Positions 1 to 12,753 of a DNA stretch of 64,000 bases are shown piece after piece (position 1 is the stretch's first letter; every line of letters begins with the position of its first letter). This stretch comes from Pelagomonas calceolata (taxonomy: Eukaryota). The stretch is taken from NCBI GenBank assembly GCA_918797485.1, contig CAKKNE010000001.1, positions 3,038,001 to 3,102,000 on the forward strand, in the 5' to 3' direction. The notes below the pieces were generated by a model. The model saw nothing but the letters and a program-made list of their open reading frames with translations, was not told the origin of the DNA and made no database searches. Position numbers and translations under genes: made by a program.

Positions 1-1
1 A

Positions 2-3000
2 GCCAAAAACTTAGAAGTAGAGACGGCCGTGGAAGATCTCATCTCGGAACTCGCGAGATACCCCCTATGTGACGACGATACCTTGGATACCGAAGCCATA
101 AATTTGTTAAGAGTCCATTACAACAAGATGCTCTACACGGCGCTCTTGAACTGCGTCAAGAACTCGCTCAATAAGATGAAGGCGAGAGTCTGTGTAAGAG
201 GTGGCGGCACGGGTTTTCTCTTCGTCCAGCGGCCGTTTTTTACGGTCGACGTCCAGCTCTCCGTGCCTTCGGTCAGGCTAGCGCCGTCGTTAGATGACGT
301 CCAGCGGGCCATCAATAGGTCTGCGGTCGCCGTGTTGGGGTGTGCGAAGCGCGTCTTCAACTGGGGGCAGCTCGGCCTGCCGGACGAGCGGAAGTCAGCT
401 TTTTTTGATCGTTTAGGTAGAGATACGGAGATCGTGAAGATCGCCCTCTTGTTGACGGGCGCTCTCCATGCGACAAAAAATCAAGTGCAAGATTGCCTAT
501 CAGCGTTCAAGCAGTACGACTGGTTGTGGAAAGATGATAGAGATAAGCACTACTCGCGTTTTACGGCTCGGAACCCGAAGCTCGAGGACTTCGATAAGCA
601 GTTGCAGTACTTCATGTCCGTCGAGGAAGCCATCACAAGGATCACGCCCATGACGAACATCGGCGCACTCACCTTGAACACGGCAAATTACAAGCTACAG
701 TTGCGGAACGAGTCGCGCCAGTGGAAACAAATATATTCTACTAAAATACATCATATGGCTAGAGATGCGTTACGCGGCTTGTTAGACTACATAAGAACAA
801 CATCAACAAAGCTCCACACGGAGGTCACGGATTTGGACACTTTGAGATATGTGATGACCGTGCTCAAAGACGTGAGGGAGAAGGAGTCGTCGATAGAGAT
901 GGAAATAGCACCCATCTTCGACATGTACGCCATGCTGGACCACTACCTGCCCGGTGGGCTCGTGGATCAGGACGAGATGGACCAAAAGAGTGTGCTGCGG
1001 CCGTCGTGGCACAAGCTCGCCGACTTAGCTGAAGATGTGGCCGACGAGCTCGGCAAGATCCAAGGGCATTATAAAAAGAAATTAGTTTTGGATGTGCGCG
1101 AGTTCAAGCAGGACTGTAGTGATTTTAGAAGTGATTTCGAGCGTAATGGCCCTGGGGCGCCCGGGTGCTCGCCCGAGGAGGCCGTGGAGCGGTTGAAGCG
1201 TTATAAAAATGAATTGGACGTGCGCGAACGGAAGATGGACATGTACATTGCGGGCGAGGAGCTCTTCGCGCTACGCACGTCGAAGTACCCGGAGATGGCG
1301 CGCACGCGGAAGGAGGTCGGTTTGTTGGACCAGCTCTACGGTTTGTACCTCGACGTCCTCCAGTCCGTCGAAGTCAACCAGTCGACGTTGTGGATTGATG
1401 TTCCGGGAAGATTACAGGAAATGACCGACGAGGCCAATCAATTTGACCTGCGATGCAAAAAAATGCCGAAACGGCTGCGCGAGTGGCGGGCCTACGAGGA
1501 TTTACGGGCGAAGCTCACGGACTTCCAGGACCTGCTACCTCTCATATCAGAGCTGGCCAAACCTTCGGTCAAACCTAGACACTGGAAGGAATTGTTTTCG
1601 CAGGGCGGTTTTACGCTCCCATATGACAAGGAGGCCTTCCAGCTCCAGGACATCTTCGAGTCGCCCATTCTTACATGGAGAGAGCAGGTCGAGGAGATCT
1701 GCGAGGGCGCCGACAAGCAGCTGGGCATCGAGACCAAACTCAATGAATCCCGAGAAACGTGGTCTCATACGACATTTACGTTCGGCCGGTGGAAGGGTCG
1801 GGACTGTCCCATCCTCCAGGCGTTTGGCCAGATCATCGATGATTTGGAAGAGGCCCAGATGAACATGCAGACCCTGCTGAGTATGCGCCACGTCGGGCCG
1901 TTTCGGGAGCCCGTGCAGGAGCAGCTCACGGCTCTCAGTGACACGGCGGACACGCTGGAGCTGTGGATCAAGGTCCAGCTGCTCTGGACGGCTTTGGAGA
2001 GCGTCTTCATGGGCATGTATCAGTGTCCAAACTTCGACACGACGTCCCTTCGACACAATCGACCGTATCCAGAGAGACCCCGAGTTGAACTTTGATTGAA
2101 CCACGCAGGCGGCGACATCGCGAAGCAGATGCCCCTCGAGGCCAAGAAGTTCCTCAAGGTCAGTGACTCAGCGTGATTTCCTTCAATTTCTCAACTTGAA
2201 GTTGCGTCGACGGCGTCATGTCGCCCTCATCATGATCATCGGAGCGTCGACGCGCCTCGCGAGTGCACATCGATGGGTTTCGCGACGCGGTCGTTCGACG
2301 CAGGTCGACCGCGACTTCGTGAAGCTCATGGCCAAGGCCGAGCAGACGCAGATCGTGTTGCAGTGCTGCGCGAACGAATTGCTGAAGAACACGCTGCCGG
2401 TCTTGTATGATGAGCTCGAGCGGTGCCAGAAGTCTCTCGAAGGGTATTTAGAACAAAAAAGGGCCATCTTCCCGCGGTTTTACTTCGTGTCGAATGCTGC
2501 CATACTCATAATTTTATCTCAAGGCTCCGACCCGTTGCAGATGCAGCCCTACTACGAGAAGGTGTTCGATTCGGTGAACCAAGTGGAACACGACAAGAGC
2601 GACAAGGGCAAGATTTTGGCCATAAAAAACATTTCGGGTTCCGACGAGGAACGGGTCAAGCTCGCGAAAGTCTGTCTTGCGAGTGGTAGCATCGAAGTGT
2701 GGTTAGGAAAACTAGTCATAGAGATGCAAAAGACGTTAAAAGCGTTGTGTGAAACCGCAGCAGCACAATGCGCGGAGATGTCGCTCGGCGACTTTGTGGA
2801 CGCGAACTGCGCGCAGTTCGCTTTGTTGGGCATCCAGTTCAACTGGACGGCGCAGTGTCAAGAAGCTCTTGAGAAATCGAAGCAGAACAAGGCTATCGTG
2901 CAAGACACGAACCGGCAACAGTTAGTCGTGCTGCAGGAGCTGTCGTCGTGGTGTCTCAATGACCTCAAAACCAAAATGAACCGCCGGAAGATCGAAACGT

Positions 3001-6000
3001 TGGTTACTATTCATGTGCACCAGCGCGACGTGTTTGAAGACTTAGCGAGGTTGCACCGCTCGAGGAAAGGAGGGTTAGATGCAGGGGATTTCGAGTGGCT
3101 CAAACAAGCGCGCTTCTACTGGCGCCCCGACGCCAAAGATGATCACGGTCCGTCCGCCTGTGTGGTCGCGGTCTGCGACGTCGAGTTTACTTATAGTTTC
3201 GAGTACCTAGGATGCAAGGAACGACTCGTGATCACGCCGTTGACCGATAGGTGCTATATTACATTATCACAAGCTTTAGGAATGCATCTGGGAGGTGCTC
3301 CCGCGGGCCCCGCCGGCACGGGCAAGACGGAGACGGTCAAGGATCTAGGGAGAGCGCTAGGTGTCTTCGTGGTCGTCACAAATTGTACGGACCAGCAAAG
3401 GTACACGGACATGGCCAAGATCTTCAAGGGTCTTTGTCAAGGTGGCTTGTGGGGGTGTTTCGACGAGTTCAACCGCATCGAGTTACCTGTCCTGTCGGTC
3501 GTGGCCCAGCAGGTCTTAGCTATAACGAACGCGAAACGAGTGGGCGCGAAATCGTTTTCGTTCCCGGGCGACCCCCAGGTCATCGGTCTCATCCAGAACG
3601 TCGGCTACTTCATCACGATGAACCCGGGCTATGCTGGCAGGCAGGAGCTGCCCGAGAACCTCAAAGTCTTATTTAGATCTGTATCGATGATGGTCCCGGA
3701 CCGCGAGTTATCAGTGTGGAAATCATCTCGGCACCGCGGCCCTCGGAGAGGCCCAAACTCGGCCACGACCTCCGACTGATAGTTGAGACCGTAGTGAGAG
3801 AGAAACACCTCACTCCGACCCCAACACACCTCAAATTGAAGCGCAACTTGAACTTTGATGTCCACGCAGGCGAGATCATCATGAAAGTTAAATTGTGTTC
3901 CGTCGGTTATAGTAAATTCCCGGAACTTGCCCGGAAGTTTAATGTTTTGTACCGATTGTGTGAACAGCAACTCTCGAAACAGAAACATTACGACTTTGGA
4001 TTAAGGAACATCCTCAGTGTTTTGAGGACGGCCGGTGCGACGAAACGGAAAGAATTGGAAGCTGACGAGGAGTTGCTCGTCATGCGTACTTTAAGGGATA
4101 TGAATTTATCAAAATTTGTGGCGCAAGACGTGCCTTTATTCTTATCTCTACTCGCGGACCTGTTCCCGCAAATCACCATTCCCCAGGGCGGGGGACACGA
4201 AAAAGTGCAGGAGACACTCACAAGTGTCATAGACAAGTACCGACTCATCGACCACGATAGTTGGCGGCTGAAGGTCATCCAACTCTACGAAACGACGTTG
4301 GTAAGGCACGGCATCATGCTCGTCGGGCCCCCTGGAGCAGGAAAATCCAATATAATAAACGTGTTGCAAGACGTATTGTCGAGAGTCCTAGGCATAGCCC
4401 ACAAGCGCGTCCGGATGAACCCGAAGGCCATAAGGGCGGAGGAGATGTTCGGCGAGACCGACCGGTACGATCTCGGCGTCCCACGTCGGTGCCTTCACTT
4501 CAATACGACTCGTGTCCATCTCACGATGCCGGGGGTGGTTTCTTTTTTGCTGAAGAGGCCGTTCGGACCGTATTCACGAGAGATGCTCCGCGCAGGTTGA
4601 GCGGCGAGTGGATCAGCGGCATCTTCGCGGCCATGTGGGGCAAGTTCAACGATCGGGCGCGGAAAGATAATACCTGGATTTTATGTGACGGTCCTGTTGA
4701 TGCCGTGTGGATCGAAAACTTGAATACGGTGCTCGATGACAACAAGATCCTCACATTAGCCAATGGTGATAGAATACCCATGACGGACAACGTCAAGCTC
4801 ATGTTCGAGGTTGAAGATTTAAGGAACGCCTCTCCTGCGACAGTATCTAGAGCAGGGATCATCTTCGTCAGTGCCTCAGATTTGGACTGGGAACCAATAC
4901 TAAAAGCCTGGCTGAATAAATGCGACCCCGTGCACCACCCGGACATGCTGCGGGAGCACTTCGAGAACTACCTGGGCCACTGTACATCCCTCAGGGATTG
5001 CGGCCTGGCCTTCGAGTGGCTCCGGGCGAACTGCAACGTGCCCATTTCCGTCAGTAGGGTGGGCATGGTCGAGAAGACGCTGACCTTGATGGACGCATTA
5101 TTATCATGTATGGAGATCAGTGAGTCGATCGACGACGCGCATCACGAGCTCGAGCGGTGCGTGCTCTTCAGTCTGACCTGGGGCGTTGCTGGCTTACTTG
5201 AGAGTGATGATCGATTGAAGTGGGACGCCTGGCTGCGGGAGATGGACTCGGAACCGACGAACATGCCTCTCCACGTCGCACAAGGCGAGTCCATCTTCGA
5301 GTACGGCATCGACCATGAAACGATGGAGTGGGAGCGGTGGAGTACGCCGGTCTACAAACCTCCCCGTGGGGATGTGGAGGACTGGTCCGGTGTTTTGGTG
5401 CCCACGCTGGAAACAACTAGATGTGGCTACATCTTAAGTCAACTACGTAGTAGAGAAACACCAGTACTGCTCCTAGGCGGGTCCGGCACGGCGAAAACCA
5501 GTACGGCCTACATGTTCTTCGACTCCTTAGAAACGGAAAAGAACATCATTAAAAAGATGAACTTTTCCTTTGCTACCACTCCTGGCTCCTTCCAAGGTAG
5601 CATCGAGGCCGAGCTCGACAAGCAGGGCGGCAAGAGTTATGGACCACCAACGGGTAAAAGGATGACCATCTTCTTAGATGATTTATCCATGCCTGAAGTT
5701 AATACGTGGGGCGACCAGCCGACTCTCGAATTAGCTCGTCAATTGGTCGAGACGGGTGGAGTTTGCTTCCTGGACAAGGACAAGAGGGGAGATGTCAAAG
5801 AAGTAAGGGGCGTGGATTATGTTGGAGCGATGGACCTGCCGGGAGGGGGCAAGAATGACATCCCCAACAGACTGAAAAGGCATTTTTTCATGCTGACGGT
5901 CGTGACGCCTTCTCCCTCGTCGGTAGCCGCTATCTATGGTATATTGTTGCAATCCAGATTCGACGCGAAAGAATTTAAATATTTAGGGGGGGAGTTCCCG

Positions 6001-9000
6001 GGCTTCGTGGCGAGGATGCCCCCGACGACGATGGCTTTATTTAAATGGTTAAGGGAGAAGATGCTGCCCTCACCGACGAAATTCCACTACACGTTCACGC
6101 TGAAGGATCTTAGTCGTTTATTCCAGGGTATCCTGCGGACGCCGAAGTCGACGTACACGCAGGATTCTGTGTTGGTGCAGTTGTGGAGACATGAAGCGGA
6201 AAGAGTGTTCAGTGATAAGTTGGTCAATTTACAGGACAAGGACAAGTTCAAGAAGGAGCTTGATCTCGTTTCCAAACAGTTGACCGGGGCCGCACCTGCC
6301 AAAGGGAAAAAGGACCGGCCGCCGTCGGCGCTGAAGTCTCCTACCAAAAGAGGTAAATCCGTCTCACGGCCTGGTTCAGCGCCAGCCGCCGATATTCATT
6401 CGCGCTGCGTCGCTCCCGCACTGTTTGTGGACTTTCTTAGAGATGACGAGTACGACGAGGACGGCATCCTGGCGCGATCTCGGCGTTTTGATTAGTAAAG
6501 GTGCCTTCACTTCCTTGGACGTGTCCATCTCACGATGCCGGGGGTGGTTTCTTTTTTGCTGAAGAGGCCAATTCGTGATGCTCCGCGCAGGTCGCCGAGG
6601 CGCCGAAGATTTACGAGGTCGGCGGCGACATCGACTCGTTACGTACTCGATCGAAGCATTTCCTCAACCTCTACAACGAGGAACATCCAGCAAGACAGAT
6701 GAATTTAGTTATTTTCGACGACGCGCTGTTGCATCTAGTTAGAATCTCGAGAGTGCTGGGCATGCCTCGAGGTAACATGATGCTCGTCGGCGTCGGCGGC
6801 TCCGGCAAGCAGTCCCTCACCCACTTAGCCTCGTACATGGCCGGCTCCGTGCCCTTCCAGATCGTGCTCACGAAACAATATAACCTCGCGACGTTCCTCG
6901 ATGATCTTAGAATGATGTACAAGACCGCAGGACAGCAACGAAAAAAAGCTACGTTCATCTTCACGGACTCGCAGATCAAGGATGAGAACTTCTTAGAGTT
7001 ACTCAACAGTCTACTCATGACGGGCGAGATCCCCGGCCTCTTCCCGAAGGACGAGCTCCAGATCATGGCGTCGGACATCCAGCAATATGCGCCCAAATCA
7101 GTACCGGTGGACACGCCGGAAAGTCTCGTGAAGTTCTTCTTCGACACGGTCCGTAGGAATTTACACGTCGTCCTTTGTTTTTCGCCGGTCAATGCGAAGT
7201 TCGCCGATCGCGCGCAGAAGTTTCCTGGGCTCATCACGGGGTGTGCGATCGACTGGTTCCTGGGCTGGCCCAAGGAAGCGTTAAGAGCTGTTAGCGAAGG
7301 TTTTGTCGGAGACATGCCCATCATGTGCTCTGATACCGTGAAAAGTAACTTGATCGAGCACATGGCCTTCGTCCATAACTGCGTGGTGGAGTGCTGCGGC
7401 GAGTACTTCCAGAAGATGCGGCGGCACGTCTACCAGACGCCTACCTCCTATTTGGCCTTTTTACAATTTTATAAACGAGTCTACGCGACGAAGTTACAAG
7501 AAGTAGAAAGGAAGGCGTCGAACGTGCGCGTTGGTTTGGAGAAGCTCGCGAAGGGCGCCGAGGACGTCGAGAGCATGAAGGTCGTGCTCGCGGACGAAGA
7601 AGTCAAGCTCCAAAAAGCGAATGAAGATACCACAAAGATGCTCGGTAAACTACAAAAAAGCAGCATGGCCGCCAAGAAAGAAGCTGATATTGTCAATGAC
7701 ATAAAAAAGGGCTGCGAGGAGGAAGCCCACAAGATCGCGCTCGAGAAGGCCGACGCGGAGAAGGATCTCGCGAAGGCGATGCCTTTTGTGGAAGAAGCGG
7801 AAAGAGCTGCCAATTCGATCAAGCCCAACGACCTGAACGAGGTCAAGAAGCTCGGGAAACCTTCCGACATCATCAAGCTCGTGTTCGACCTGGTCGGTTT
7901 ACTGAAAATGGAAAAGATGGTCAAGACGGAGACCGCGGAAATTACGATGGGTGCGGCCGCGGCGCCGCAGCTCGCCTTCCCTTCATTGGCATGAGTCGCC
8001 TTCGAGAGAGGAGGTCGCGGGTGGTTTCTTTTTTGCTGAAGAGGCCGTTCGGATCGCGAGACCCGCGCGCAGGCATCGGGAAAGAAAAGCGGACCTTCGG
8101 CTTCATCAAGGATAGTTTTAAAAATATGCAGGGCGGCATGCTCGCCGACTCGTCATTTCTCAAAAATATTTTCTACTTCAGTAAATACGAAAAGGACATG
8201 ATCAACGACGAGACGATCGAGTTCATGCGCGCGCGCGGCGTCCCGTGGTTCAAAGTAGGTTTCACGCCATCGACGCGCTTCGTGTCCATCAGACGAGGTC
8301 GTGGGTAGTTTTTTTTCGATTTTTGAGGCAGTTCGAGTGACCGCGATGCCCCGCGCAGGCAACCCTATTTAGATATTGAGGAGTACAACACGCTCGTGGC
8401 GAAGAACGCGTCGAAAGCTGCCGAAGGCCTGTGTGCGTGGACCAAGGCCATGTGTAGCTACCAGGCGGCCTCGAAGATCGTCAAGCCGAAGCTCGAGGCC
8501 CTCAAGCTCGCCGAGGCGAAGCTCGCCGAAGCGCAAAAAGAACTCGACAAGGCCGAGGCCAAGCTCCAGGGCGTCATGGATGTTTTGAATAAGCTCCAGA
8601 AGCAGTTCGAGGACCAGATGGCCGTCAAGGCGGAGATCGAGGCCGGTGCGTTTGCGGCGTCCGACGCCGGGGGTCGTTTCTTACCGCGATACGCGCAGGC
8701 GCCAAAAAGACGCGCGACAAGATGCAGCAGGCGACCGATCTCATCGGCGGGCTGGCCGGCGAGCGGAAGCGCTGGACCGAGGACAGCGCCAAGTTCGACG
8801 CGACGAAGACGGCGCTCGTCGGCGACGTCGCCGTCGGTGCGATCTCGGCGTCCCGTTGTTTAGAGACGCCTTCACGCCATCGACGCGACTCGTGTCCATC
8901 AGACGATGCCGGGGGTGGTTTCTTTTTTGCTGAAGAGGCCATTCGGACCGAACCGCGATGCTCCGCGCAGGCTGCGCGTTCGTGTCGTACTGCGGGCCCT

Positions 9001-12000
9001 TCAACCAGGAATTTAGGGATTACATCGTGGAGAAGAAGTTGACGGCTGACCTTCGCAAGAAAGATGTCCCTTGTTCTCCGTCCCTAGATGTCATTAGTCT
9101 GTTAGTTGACGTTTCCGAGACTTCCGATTGGGCTTTGGCAGGACTACCAGGGGATCCTCTCAGTATCCAGAACGGCATCGTGGTGACACGATCCTCGAGA
9201 TATCCACTGCTGATCGACCCCCAGGGCCAAGCGATCAAGTGGATCCGGCAGCACGAGGCGGAGCGCTTACCTAACTTTGGTGTTACTGCACTAAATAATC
9301 CAAGAATAAAGGATCAATTGGAGTTCGCCATGGCCGAGGGCAAGGCGTTGATCGTGGCGGGCGTCGAGGAGGAGCTCGACCCCATGCTTGACCCAGTGCT
9401 CAACAAGCAGTGGATCCAGAAGGGGAAAAGCAAGTACATCAACCTCATGGACAAGCTCTGCGAGTTCCAGGAGACCTTTGCCTTGTATTTGATTACTCGC
9501 TTACCGAATCCGCATTTTAGTCCAGAGGACCAGGCCAAATGCGTCGTCGTCGACTTCACTGTTACCAGGAAGGGCTTGGAGGAGCAGCTTTTGGGGAGAG
9601 TGATTCAGAAGGAACAGCGGTCCTTGGAGGAGCAGCTGTCGTCGGTCCTGAACGACGTGGCGACGAACACGAAGGCACTTTTAAGGTTAGATGAGCTATT
9701 ACTGGAAAGGCTGTCGGCGAACACGGGTAACCTACTAGATGACGAAGAACTCATTGCGGTGCTGGCCGAAACCAAAACGAAAGCCGTCGAAGTGAATGAG
9801 AAGTTGCTGGCCGCGGGGACGACGCGGGCGTCGATCGACGAGAAGCGCGAGCAGTACCGGCCGGCCGCGACGCGCGGTTCCGTGCTCTATTTTGCGATCG
9901 TGGACATGTCCCAGGTCAACGTCATGTACCAGACCAGCCTAGATCAGTTCCAGGGGCTGTTTGACTCGAGCATGGACCTCGCGGAAAGAGCGTCGCTCGC
10001 GTCGAAACGCGTGGCCAATGTTATTGATACGATGACGTACATCGTCTACCGCTACATTTCTCGTGGCTTATATGAGAAAGATCGACTGAGTTTCAAGCTT
10101 TTAGTGCTGTTCAACATTTTGGTGACTGCTGGCAGATTAACACCATCGGAGGTCACGCTGTTCCTGAAGGGCGGCGCGGCCCTGGATATCAACGCCGTGA
10201 AACCGAAGCCCGTGCCCTGGCTCACGGACACGGCCTGGCTCAATATTGTGCAACTGTCCTCGGATCAAGGGGCAATCGTCTTCCGCTCGTTGCAGGACGA
10301 CGTGCTAAGGGACGACGCGAAGTGGAAGGCCTGGTATAATGATAATGAGCCGGAACGACAGCCCATACCGGGCAACTACCAACCTAGATTCGAGGCCGAT
10401 CCGAACGGCGATTTCTACAGGATGCTCCTCGTCCGGTCACTCCGAGAAGACCGGACCATCCTATGTGTGGACGACTTCATCACGCGCCTCGAAGCCATCG
10501 ACGTCGCCGGGACGAAACTCCCCTGCATGGGCGGGAAGTTCACGCAACCCGTCACCGAAACGATCGAGATGACGTACGCAGACATGTCGACGACGATACC
10601 CATCGTGTATCTGTTGAGTGCGGGCGCGGACCCCACGGATACCGTCGAGACCTACGCTCGCAAAAAGAAGAAGCACATTACCTGTGTCAGCATGGGGGAA
10701 GGCCAGGAGCCCGTCGCGCTGCGAGCGATCAACAGTGCGACGGTCGAGGGCATGTGGGTCATGCTCCAGAACTGCCACCTCGGGCTGCCCTTCATGGAGG
10801 GCCTCGAGGAGCTTTTGGGCAAGATTAGAGTCAATGAAGCCACGTTACCTGATTTCCGATTATTTATTACCACGGAACCGAATCCCAAGTTTCCCATCGG
10901 GTTGTTACAATTAGCTGTTAAGGTTACTTGTCAGCCTCCTAGCGGTTTACGGGCGGGTCTCATGCGTTCGTATACTGTTATAGTGGACCAAGACCGGTTA
11001 GAGCGAGTGGAGACGGCGCAGTGGCGGGTCCTGGTCTATGCCCTATGTTTCCAGCATTCCGTCGTGCAGGAGCGTCGCAAGTACGGCGCCATGGGCTGGT
11101 GCGTGCCGTATGAATACAACGATGGAGACATCAACGCTTGTTTACTCTTCTTGGAACGACATTTGTACCAAGGGGCGTTGAGCTGGCCAACTTTACAATA
11201 CATGGTCGCCGAGGTGCAATACGGCGGCAAGATCACGGACGATCTTGACAGGAGACTATTCCGAACGTATGCGAACCAGTGGCTCACAAGTGCGACGACG
11301 AAACCCGGCTTCGCGTTCCGGCCGTCCGAGACCTTGCAAAAAATCGAAAACGACTTTGGGTATGGCTGCCCGCCCGGCGACACGCACGACGACTACGCCG
11401 CGTTTGCGAAAACATTGCCTTCTGTCGATTCGCCGGAGGTCTTCGGGCTCCATCCGAACGCCGACCTCGCGTTCCGCAACAAGGAGGTGCGGAACTTATT
11501 AGCTACTATTTTGGAAACGCAGCCGAAAGGAGGCGGTTCGAGTGGAGGTGGCCCGACGCGAGAAGACGTGGTCTACGCGAAGTGCGAGGAGATTTTGTCG
11601 GGCATACCCGAGGACTACGTCGAGGAAGTTTATGCGAAGGCCCTGGATATGAGTCAACCGCTGGACGTGTTCCTGAACCAAGAAATTCAGAGGTTGCAGC
11701 TCGTGATTGGGTCGGTGCGACAAAAATCAAATACCATCTTGGGAGCTATTAGGGGCGAAGTCGTAATCACGCAACAGATCATCGACGGGATCAATGCGAT
11801 CTTCGACGCGAAGGTGCCCCACGACTGGGTCTTTTCTCCCGCGGGAGATGAGGTGTCGTGGCAAGCTCCCACTATCGGGTTTTGGGCGTCCGGCCTCGGG
11901 GCGAGAGATGACCAATTACGCAAATGGATCGCCGGCAAAGGAAGACCGAAGTCCTACTGGTTCCCGGGCTGGTCGAACGCGGCGGGTTTCCTGACGGCGG

Positions 12001-12419
12001 TCCAGCAGGAGGTGACTAGACGGCATCGCAATGAGGGCTGGGCGTTGGACGGCGTTCGCGTCGATAGCGAAGTCACGGAGTACGACCGCGCGGAGCAAGT
12101 CCGTGCGCCTCCCCCAGAAGGAGTTTATATCAGTGGACTATCGTTGGATGGGGCCATCTGGGACAAGTCGGGAGCTTGTGTCGCCGAGGCGAAGCCGAAG
12201 ATTTTGTTCTGCGAGATGCCCGTCCTCTTCGTCACGGCCGTGACGAAGACGGCGAAGAAGTCGAGCGACTTGGGCCCCTTCGGCGGTTTTAGTTGTCCGG
12301 TCTACAAGTACGTCCGGCGGACGGACAAGTACATCATCTTCATGGTCAACCTGCCGTCCCAACAGAAGCCGGACCACTGGATCCTGCGGGGCGTCGCGCT
12401 GCTGTGCTTTACGTCCTAA
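2..12419 (+). CDS. Axonemal dynein heavy chain (outer-arm gamma / DNAH5-8-like), 5'-truncated by the window edge; 10 exons: <2-2012, 2109-2158, 2304-3702, 3870-4464, 4596-6471, 6591-7950, 8073-8226, 8359-8645, 8699-8836, 8971-12419
   Basis: AAA P-loops GPAGTGKT, GPPGAGKS, GGSGTAKT and GVGGSGKQS; motifs WGCFDEFNRI, FPRFYFVS, HYDFGLRNI and WVMLQNCHL; C-terminus HWILRGVALLC. Consecutive ORFs join in frame after removing 9 introns. Confidence 0.96.
2013..2108 (+). mobile_element. Dynein intron 1 (GC-AG, 96 nt), repeated-intron family B
   Basis: Removal restores ESVFMG-GDIAKQMP. Shares 5' tatcagtgt and 3' ttgaactttgat..ccacgcag with intron 3703-3869. Confidence 0.75.
2159..2303 (+). other. Dynein intron 2 (GT-AG, 145 nt)
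   Basis: Removal restores KKFLK-VDRDFVKLM. AGGTC occurs at both junctions. Contains gcgtcgacggcgt, a variant of the motif shared with other introns. Confidence 0.85.
3703..3869 (+). mobile_element. Dynein intron 3 (GC-AG, 167 nt), family B
   Basis: Removal restores MMVPDR-EIIMKVKL. GCGAG is repeated at the intron start and the downstream exon start. Ends shared with intron 1. Confidence 0.78.
4465..4595 (+). mobile_element. Dynein intron 4 (GT-AG, 131 nt), repeated-intron family A
   Basis: Removal restores FGETDR-LSGEW. Contains the core cgtgtccatctcacgatgccgggggtggtttcttttttgctgaagaggcc and ends gatgctccgcgcag. Confidence 0.85.
6472..6590 (+). mobile_element. Dynein intron 5 (GC-AG, 119 nt), family A
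   Basis: Removal restores DEDGIL-VAEAPKIYE. The core is identical to that of intron 4. Confidence 0.85.
7951..8072 (+). mobile_element. Dynein intron 6 (GT-AG, 122 nt), family A with diverged 5' half
   Basis: Removal restores EITMG-IGKEKR. Contains gggtggtttcttttttgctgaagaggccgttcgga. Confidence 0.82.
8227..8358 (+). mobile_element. Dynein intron 7 (GC-AG, about 132 nt), family A variant
   Basis: Removal restores ETIEFM-QPYLDIEEY. Shares ttcacgccatcgacgcg..cgtgtccatcagacga and ccgcgatgc.ccgcgcag with intron 9. The donor lies in a GCGC run, so its exact position is slightly ambiguous. Confidence 0.78.
8646..8698 (+). mobile_element. Dynein intron 8 (GT-AG, 53 nt), internally deleted family A member
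   Basis: Removal restores EIEAG-AKKTRDKMQ. Retains gcggcgtcc, gacgccgggggtcgtttctt and accgcgat.cgcgcag. Confidence 0.75.
8837..8970 (+). mobile_element. Dynein intron 9 (GT-AG, 134 nt), family A
   Basis: Removal restores GDVAVG-CAFVSY. Carries all family A blocks. Confidence 0.85.
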
Positions 12420-12753
12420 GAAATTACGGAATAGTATCTCTAGTTTTATGGGGAGGCATGATCCTTACTTGCCGGGGGACGCGCCGCGGACTTGTGCGCG
12501 CGCGCGATGTTCACGGATTCTCGTCTAGCCGAACGGGTGGAGCTGGGGCCCGGGCGGCGCGCGTGGCGGCGCGGGCCTGCGCCGCGGCGTCGCCCGCGCC
12601 GCGTCCTCGAGCGACGCCTGGAGCGCCAGCTCGAGGGCCGCGTCGTCGCCGTAGCCGTTGTTCTCGTCGACCCGCGTGATCGGGCTCAGCACGGGCGCGT
12701 CGAGGCGGCGGAACTTCCGGCACGGGCGGCTCATCATCACGGGCGACGCGTTG

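Noticed and set aside
29..8960. Fragmented dynein ORFs read as a frameshifted pseudogene or several genes
   Set aside because: Every break is repaired in frame by a GY...CAG intron that restores conserved dynein sequence.
4500..8970. Repeated core read as a CRISPR array or rho-independent terminators
   Set aside because: The context is eukaryotic, the repeats are irregularly spaced inside introns, and there are no cas genes.
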